A program made the translations under genes and the position numbers. A DNA stretch of 58,546 nucleotides, the filler included, from Basidiobolus ranarum (lineage: Eukaryota), in assembly GCA_040143965.1 (NCBI GenBank). It is 8 parts of 8 records of this genome, joined end to end, with 100 filler letters (N's around TTAATTAATTAA, not from the genome) between each part and the next. Parts side by side here need not be neighbours in the genome. Positions count along the whole stretch, not along the records: positions 51,344 to 58,546 come from JASJQH010001163.1; 7 more parts are not named here. One strand, written 5' to 3'. The notes beneath the pieces were generated by a model. It did no database searches. It had not been told where the DNA came from and saw only the letters and a list, made by a program, of their open reading frames with translations. Shown here piece after piece: positions 51,344 to 58,546 of this stretch; positions within the stretch are counted from its first letter, which is position 1, and each line of letters opens with the position of its first letter.

Positions 51344-51430
51344 CTTTCTACTCAATAAATCAATAAGTGAAAACCACCAATTCCTCTAATTCTCCAAACC
51401 ACTTCCAACAGGCTCCCAAATACTTTAACA
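51344..51430 (+). mobile_element. 3' end of a ~350-bp copia LTR at the segment edge
   Basis: ...CCACTTCCAACAGGCTCCCAAATACTTTAACA. Confidence 0.88.
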
Positions 51431-51510
51431 ATAGTATCATAAATATACTTGATAGATAGCACTAGAAGTATAACAAAAGTCAAGGTTTCTTGGAGAATAT
51501 ATATGCTCAT

Positions 51511-51880
51511 GCATTTGCATTGGCTCTGGATGGTTTATCACTAAACAAATATACTATTGGAAAGGTTTGCTAGCCAATAACTTTAATTAACTTAAATCTT
51601 CCTCCTTCTGAATGATATAAGAGTCATAAAACTTTGATACTATCCATCATATCTGGACCTAAATTGCCAGTGCTTATAGATAGCTTTTTGGAGCATCTAA
51701 TTGTGGAATTTGAATGGTTATCTAATGGGCTTCAGGTGGGTGAACAACTTTTTAAAGCTTATATCATTGTGTGTGTTGGTGACACTCTGGCCATCAGTAA
51801 ACTTGGAGGTTACATGGGCACATTGCACTATCTTGATGTAGATTCTGTTGGATTAATGGAGTTTACTCTACCAGGCATAT
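51511..51880 (+). mobile_element. CACTA/EnSpm-type transposase (tnp2-like) relic
   Basis: LALDG...*PI.LINLNLPP.E*YK....LSIISGP..P..IDSFL..L..E...L..G...GDT.AISKL.G..G, then CRFC after a frameshift. Confidence 0.82.
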
Positions 51881-52966
51881 ATATTACTACTATCAAAATA
51901 TGGTATTGAACTCCATGATTTTACCATCACTAGCCTGGTCAGATTTCAACATGCTCACTGATATCAATTCACTAAATACTCAGTATAGTATCAAACTTGA
52001 GATCAGCCATAAGCCTAAGATTATATTGCTGAAGGAGAGTTATCAAATGTAAATGTAGTTAGGCTTGCCACATCATATAAGAAAAAGTGACTATATTTTA
52101 GGTGTGATGTTCAAATAGGTAAAGTGACAGCCTGACCAGATAGCCAAGTAGAGTTACTGACAACCAAGTGCCTAGAGTATCATGCAGGAGTAGAGAACAA
52201 CATTAAAAGATTGAGGCCCTTTGAAGATCCCAAAGATCCATATCCCATATTAGTAAAAAGGCTTGCTCTTTTCAAAAGTTTAGATTTAGATTAAGTTTCA
52301 AGGTAATTTGGAAGTTGTTTATTTACACTAATAGTGTTTTAGAAGAATATCTATTTCAATAAATGTTTAGGTATACTTAATGGTCTAGCAAATGATAATG
52401 ATATAAGACTTTGGTTAAAATAATGATAGGCAAAATGTTTCTGCTTTCATATTATTTGCCAGTCAGGCTCCATCTAGCAAAGATATTAGATTATCAGGTA
52501 AGCGCAGATAAAAGATAACAATATTTTTATTAATGCTAATAGGGTTTTATAACCAGTCTTCATTGTCATGTCCGTGGTTATTCTCGCGGTCATTTTCCCA
52601 GCAATGATAGTAAGGAATTATAGATTTAAAACTTGTGGGGAATGTGATTTAGTAAATCTTAACTGTAAGAGCTATCGAAGTCAGCCAATGTCTAGTGATC
52701 ATTGATTCCTTACTTAAATTCACAGTAGTTCTTGCATTTAGGAGTTGAGATGTATTAAACTATAACTGCTATTTAGCTATTAAACATTTGTATTACAGTA
52801 AGGGATATACAAAGTATTAAGAGGTATTGTAATAAATAAACAAAAACAGGAACTCTAATGATCATTATCTTCTTGTTCATGGTAGTCACTATCATAAGCA
52901 GCTCCCAATGTATTAAGAGTTAAAGTAGAAAATGAATGAGATACAGTTAATCCTATGATCATTCTC

Positions 52967-53232
52967 TTAACCTTCATTGTCCTCTTCCAAGTCTTCATCA
53001 TGATCCCATTCCTCGTGTTCATCGCCATGGTCACAGAATGGTCCAGTGTGGCCCCTCTCACGACAGACAGTCTCTCCACCACACACGGTCTTCACCTAGT
53101 CGTCATTGACACAGCAGATGATGGTGCGATCATTCTCTGAGGAGCATTGACTGTCCACATGCGTACAGGCCTTCACGGTCTGACTGAAAAAGCGAGGATA
53201 GCTGAACCAAGTGAGATTCCTGGATTTTTCAT
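52967..53232 (-). pseudogene. Inverted pseudogene copy of the His/Asp-rich secreted protein
   Basis: ACTHVDS...NDRTIICCVNDD*VKTVCGGETVCRERGHTGPFCDH..EHEEWD; TAG at 53096-53098 replaces Trp, and there is a frameshift in the signal peptide. Confidence 0.88.
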
Positions 53233-53536
53233 TTCTATGAATGTAGTGCCCTGAGTAAACTTAGGGTCAGGCTATGGTTTACAGAGATCTACGTACTTTA
53301 TAGAGATCGCTTAGAATACATATTGCTTGAACCAGTCAAAATTCCTCTCCAAATACAGGGAAAAGGTGATATTTGTAGATCATTCAAAGTAGTCACACTA
53401 CAATACAGTTGAGTCGAATACCTTCAGTATATATTTTGCTTACCAATTGCTTGCTCAGTACCACCTATATCATCACAACGTGATTATAGAATTATTGCCA
53501 ACTTTAAGTTACTCACTGATGCACAATCCACATCCA

Positions 53537-53929
53537 ATGAAGTTCTATTCTGCTATCTTTGCTCTTTCTTCCTTGAGTCAAATGGTGATAGCATGTAGAC
53601 ATATGGAGAGCAAGTTCTCCTCTGGGGATGACCGTACTATTATTTGTTGCGTTAATGACGACTGGGGCAAGATCATGTGTGGTGAAGGGACTGTTTGTCG
53701 TGAGAAAGACCATACTGGAGCATTTTGTGACCATGTTAATAACCACGAGGAATGGGATGATGATAGAGATTGGGAAGGTGACCACGACAAACACAACGAC
53801 TGGGAAGGTGAACATCATGAAGATTGGGAAGATGATCATAATGCTGATCACGACGGTTGGCACCATGATGAAGACTGGGAAGGCGTTCATGATGATGGGA
53901 ATCACGATCATGAAGAGAGAGATCACTAG
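53537..53929 (+). CDS. Secreted 130-aa protein: six-Cys domain plus His/Asp/Glu/Trp repeat tail
   Basis: Signal MKFYSAIFALSSLSQMVIA; C..CC..C..C..C; tail with repeated (H/R/N/E)DWE(G/D) units; the paralog at 52967-53232 supports this frame. Confidence 0.85.
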   Translation: MKFYSAIFALSSLSQMVIACRHMESKFSSGDDRTIICCVNDDWGKIMCGEGTVCREKDHTGAFCDHVNNHEEWDDDRDWEGDHDKHNDWEGEHHEDWEDDHNADHDGWHHDEDWEGVHDDGNHDHEERDH

Positions 53930-54410
53930 AATATCTGTACTTCGTTTATTTGCTACATTAATATTTAATACATTGAAGATTTCCTGCACTTTCAAAACAA
54001 TTTGAGATTATGACTTTAAGTACATTGTTTAAACTTACCTGGCTCAGTGAAGTGCTTAGTCTCCAGTTATGGGACTTTTCTCCTAAGCATAGTTACCCGT
54101 ATCAAATTATGATCTCCTTCACTACTTACAAAATTCAATGCCACCACATCGGTTAACTTATTTTACTCTAATTCTGATTGGTGTTTACCAATACACGGAC
54201 TAACTTGACGGAAAGTATCACCTGTAGCCACTTTTTCTCAAACTAGGACTTCAGATTGTTTATAGGAGGCTGCTATTGCAGGTGAAGGGCTGCTAGAAGG
54301 GGAGTTTTTATGGAAGTATCAGTCGTAATGTATATTTTGGGTTCATAAGGTTTAGTCTTAAAGAGATTACAATGGTTAATATTAAAGATCAAAGACACCA
54401 CCAGAGTATA

Positions 54411-54465
54411 TCGATGTAGAAAAGAATACTTGAAAATTCGATGTAGAAAAGAATACTTGGAAATT
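54411..54465. repeat. 27-bp tandem duplication TCGATGTAGAAAAGAATACTTG(A/G)AAAT
   Basis: Two adjacent copies at 54411 and 54438 with one mismatch. Confidence 0.9.
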
Positions 54466-55459
54466 ATACCTTTGACACAGGTTTCAAGTTGATCAAAGGG
54501 GTAAACTGAATATCATTGTAAGCGATAGTAATATCACTGTGGTTAAGTAAAGATTCAGATTGTAAACATAAATAAGTAATAGCTGATATAGCATGACTAT
54601 TTCTTTGGTAGAACTTGGGGTCCATACTTAAATTCTCATGCGGGAGTTCACTTGACTCCAAGGTCGCGAAGAGGAAGGAAAGCTATTATATAAAAAAACC
54701 TATGATGTAGTGCTCCGAATAGTGTGATCATCTTAGCGAAAGTGTTTCAGAGGATAAGTAACACAGTCATAGTCGATCTCTCTTGCAAGTCTGATCAAGC
54801 AACTTGCCAAAATACTTTTCAATAGAATCGGCCAAACAACTAATAGCCTCACTACTACTTGCAAACTGATATTGCTAGTAGATAATTCAGCGCATGATTC
54901 TATTGCATAAAGTCATTTTTACATAGTGTGAAAATACATCTATGCACGAGTTTGATATATAATATGCGAAGATATACCATTGCATCCGTGCTTAGGAATA
55001 TGCAATTCAGTTAAATAAGGCTTTAGGGTATGTCTATCACCATGCACTGTTGTAAATTGGTCGGAAATATTCCAGTTTGAGTTCTCCGACAATCGCTCAT
55101 TTTGTGGCTATTGTCCAAGAAATCAACAGGTAAGGCAAAAGTGTTGCATGGAAGAGGACGAGTGGATATCTCTATAACTCAAAACAAGGTTTCAGCTGCC
55201 TTTAAGTATTGTTTTGACTGACTCTACATATTCTATAATCAGTAGTCTATTCATTGAATTAAGGGTTATTCGGCCAGCTCTTCATAGTAATTAACTATAG
55301 AATGGACGTTATGATTCAAAATACATCATACATGTCACAGTATAGTATAGACTGGTATGGCTAGTTAGCATATTTTATATTTAGTCAGTCTTTCTGCTTT
55401 CACGTGCTTATTGAAAACTATATAAGGCACTCATCGCTCCATTCCAAGATATAGCTAAA

Positions 55460-55663
55460 ATGGAATTTATTTACAAATTACTGATCTCCTCCATTGTACT
55501 AAGTGTACTTCATAACTTTGTTCCTTCCAAAAGCAAGGTATCTGTACTTCGCCGAATGGCCGAATGGCTATCTTCCATGGTTAGTTTAAACAACGTACCA
55601 GTGCCAAAGTGTAGGTCGCAAAGATACCGAAAAATCGGGTATAAGTATGGAGTGGGCTTTTAA
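55460..55663 (+). CDS. Possible small gene or first exon with hydrophobic N-terminus
   Basis: TATATAAG at ~55419, AAAATGG start context, hydrophobic first 20 aa; exon structure unresolved. Confidence 0.3.
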   Translation: MEFIYKLLISSIVLSVLHNFVPSKSKVSVLRRMAEWLSSMVSLNNVPVPKCRSQRYRKIGYKYGVGF

Positions 55664-56857
55664 GTGGCACATTTCAAGCTTGTACAGGTACAATGGGCTG
55701 AACGACTGGACTCTCATCTTTTTGTAACTTGTCTCATCTCTTTATAACTTGTCACATATTCTGTACCATGTAAATCTCTGATACTCTACAGTTGCACTGT
55801 ATATGTGATATAAATTCTGGTCAGTAAGTCAAATAAAAGGGAGAAATCTAACAATATTATTCATCTCAATCTCCAACATTTGATTACAATCTGATGAAAT
55901 CTTAAAACGATCAGTAACTGGCACGTCGATCATCAGTTCTATAAGTATATAGATTGTTTCGATTAAATGCTGCCACTTTAACACAAGTTAATTTAGTTTC
56001 TTATTTGGACAAATCTTACACACAACAATGCACTTGACTATGCTAATCATATATATGACGTGTTAGAATAAGATAGACGAAGCACACATTGTCATATATT
56101 CTTACATGATGAGACAAATGGCTACACTGCATGCATATGGAAACCATAGAGACCACCGATTGCCAACCATTGTCTGACCAAAGAAACACGTAGAAGTCCC
56201 TGCTACCTATTACGTAATATTCATGTTTCTACCTTGAAACCTGTACTTAGTGTGTGCATAATTCCGATACAACAGAAAAACCATATCGATTCCAGTTTTT
56301 TCTGTAACATTTGCATTTGTTAGTAAGATGTATGCGTTGCTGCTCTTTGTAATAGCTTGATGTAGGTGCGGAACTAAAGCCCCATTTGTTGAAGAGAAAA
56401 GGGCTCTTCAAATTAGTAAGTCATGTACATAAAGCTAATCACAGTGTATGCGCGTATATATTGGTAGAGTGACACGTGTTACATAAGTGGATGTAATGTA
56501 ATTTCACACTGTTATTCACGATTTAAAGCCACTGTCGGTTAGAATAATGCCATTGTCAATACTCGGGGTAATGCGTCGCTTTAAGCATAGATTGTTGATA
56601 ATTCACTAATGCTTGCTATAAAGTTAGACCGCATGATTAAGGTTAAGGCATCTTTGACATTATATCAATGTAATCGTTGATAGAAAATAAGTGATTATTG
56701 TATCCTTATCTTGCAGGTAGGTTTATGATCATATTTTATTGAAACATCTATAGGTTTCATGTTTCTTGCAATACAATACTGTGACACGGTCTTGTCAAAA
56801 GGCCAATAGCGTATTCTGAAAAATCTTTGTTGATTTTGTCCATACCACCACCATTAC

Positions 56858-57162
56858 TGTTAAAGTATTAGGGGGACTGTTGGAAGTGGTTTGGAGAATT
56901 AGAGAAATTAGTAGTTTTCACTTATTGAGTAGACAGTTATAGTTTTGTCAAGATGTAAACAAGCTAACATGTAGAATGTATTAAGGAAGGTCTCAGGAAC
57001 ATTTGTGCAAAGTTTGGTGCTTCTTTGAAAAATCTATATATCTGAGAACTTCTAAGTAAATTCTAATATCAAATAATGGGTAATATCATGGTGAGCTATA
57101 GGATAATTAAATACCAAGTTATATATGACTACATAGGTGCTGAGGCATTGCTAATTTCAACA
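56858..57162 (-). mobile_element. Solo copia LTR with near-perfect 5-bp TSD (ATTAC/ATCAC)
   Basis: TG...CA termini intact; internally shortened family member. Confidence 0.88.
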
Positions 57163-57813
57163 ATCACCAGTATATTTACTCTGAGCTAAAATTCTAATGT
57201 CACCAGAACATAACAATGATAAAAAATATGAGGCTCCTTGTGTCAGTGCAGTTGCACTAATAAAATCTAATGGCAGTAAGCATTCTGTATAGGCCATGTA
57301 GATACTTTGGGTAATCTTATTTTTGAGTGGCACAATGTTGCAGTGCTTCTGCCACATCATTGGAAGAAAAGTTCATCAGAGTAGTGGCTGTAATAGTAAC
57401 CAAACAGGAAAAGCTGTGCAGTAAATGGACTGAACTTACGATAAGAAGCATCTTATTAAGGCATCTACAAAAAGATAGCAATGAAACCATACAGTTAGAA
57501 GATTGAAAATTTAGCTCAAGCAAAGAAATGAAAAAATTTAAGCAATAATCTTGTTTCACATCTCACTCAAATATTACAGTGCGCAGAATTGTGTGATATG
57601 CAGCTCTGTTTGCTAGAAAGAGAACATTGGTAAAATGCCATAGCAAAACAACATTTTTTATTGTCAAAATCAGCTTCAGTCAAGCCAATAAATGGCTGCC
57701 AGAGAAGTGTATTTACATTTTCAGTATCTAAGCCTCAGTGAGACTACTTGATGGAATTACTTAATACAGGGGGTTACTCTGCCCATTTCTCAGCATAATA
57801 TAAGTGTGGGTAT

Positions 57814-58161
57814 TGTTAAAGTATTTGGCAGCCTGTTGGAAGTGGTTTGGAGAATTAGAGGAATTGGTGGTTTTCCCTTATTGTTTTATTGAGTAGAAAG
57901 TTGACATATATAGTTTTGTCAAGATATAAGCATAGTACTTGGTAGAACAAGCTACAAAATGTCCTGGGAACATGTATGCAAAGTTTGCAGCTTCTAGCCC
58001 AAGTATGAATAATATATATATCTAAAAACTTCCAAGTTGGTAAAGATATTCCAAGTAAATTCCAATTGAGATTAATGGGTAATTTCATAGTTCAATATAA
58101 GATAGCTAAGTACCAAGTGATATATAGCTATACAGATGTTTTGGCAATGCTAATTTTAAGT
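57814..58161 (-). mobile_element. Solo-type copia LTR (degenerate 5' terminus)
   Basis: TGTTAAAGTATTTGG...GGCAATGCTAATTT on the + strand. Confidence 0.88.
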
Positions 58162-58546
58162 AAAAATTAATTTCTCCCAAAATCTCTTGTCTAATTTAAC
58201 AATATATGAAATATTAGGTTTATGTTTCAACATTATTTAGAAGCAGAGCCTTCACTTAATGGGTCAACCAGCAGTTGCTACTAGTGTGAATAAAGCAGCT
58301 CATATACTCCCACATAGAACACCTGCTTATTTTATCTTTGTTGGATAAATAATCTTTATTCAACATCATAGTTAACTTTAGTTATGATACATATATCAGA
58401 AACAGAAAGCAATGTATTTATAGCCCCTATATTCCAAATAGGAATATCTCTATATCTACATAACAAGTATGTCTTATTACCCCCACTTATCTATTATATC
58501 TTATTACACAAACTCCTGAATATCTCAAACAATTGATTTACTTTTC

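Noticed and set aside
53513-54005. Hydrophobic antisense ORF 53513-53995 and Met/Thr-rich ORF 53628-54005
   Set aside because: Shadow frames of the GAT/CAT/GAA-rich repeat gene; the paralog conserves the His/Asp frame with its signal peptide.
54030-54661. Minus-strand exon-like fragments
   Set aside because: Stops in the candidate frames and no recognisable product.

Overview
Eukaryotic, intron-containing, AT-rich DNA of an early-diverging fungus. Retention of CDK5RAP1/MiaB and GNL1, short GT-AG introns and bacterial-type enzymes suggest a zygomycete such as Basidiobolus (inference). The window is almost certainly not one locus. Seven identical 100-nt spacers (N44-TTAATTAATTAA-N44) separate eight segments whose lengths fall monotonically (7250, 7246, 7235, 7234, 7231, 7225, 7222, 7203 nt), as expected for size-sorted contigs concatenated together, so only within-segment linkage is meaningful. 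Housekeeping genes: Gvp36-type BAR protein, atypical CDF/ZnT transporter, GNL1 GTPase, PEX5 (5' part), SWF1-type DHHC, double-bromodomain protein, CDK5RAP1, CBM18-CE4 deacetylase. The window also holds Ty1/copia, Ty3/gypsy and CACTA relics, with one ~350-bp LTR family present six times, and several pseudogenes (NRPS-like adenylation domain, PHO84, CAP domain). The most interesting items are: (i) a tandem family of secreted prepro-proteins with an acidic spacer, an R-P-[KR]-R convertase site and a 23-24-aa highly cationic C-terminal peptide (antimicrobial-peptide-precursor-like); (ii) a secreted N-terminal-His LPMO-like protein that I cannot assign to a named family; (iii) an intronless tandem pair of bacterial-type D-amino-acid oxidases with PTS1-like ends, one lacking the carboxylate-binding Arg; (iv) a secreted Cys-domain protein with a His/Asp/Trp repeat tail and its inverted pseudogene copy. 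All family calls are by motif recognition; no database searches were run.
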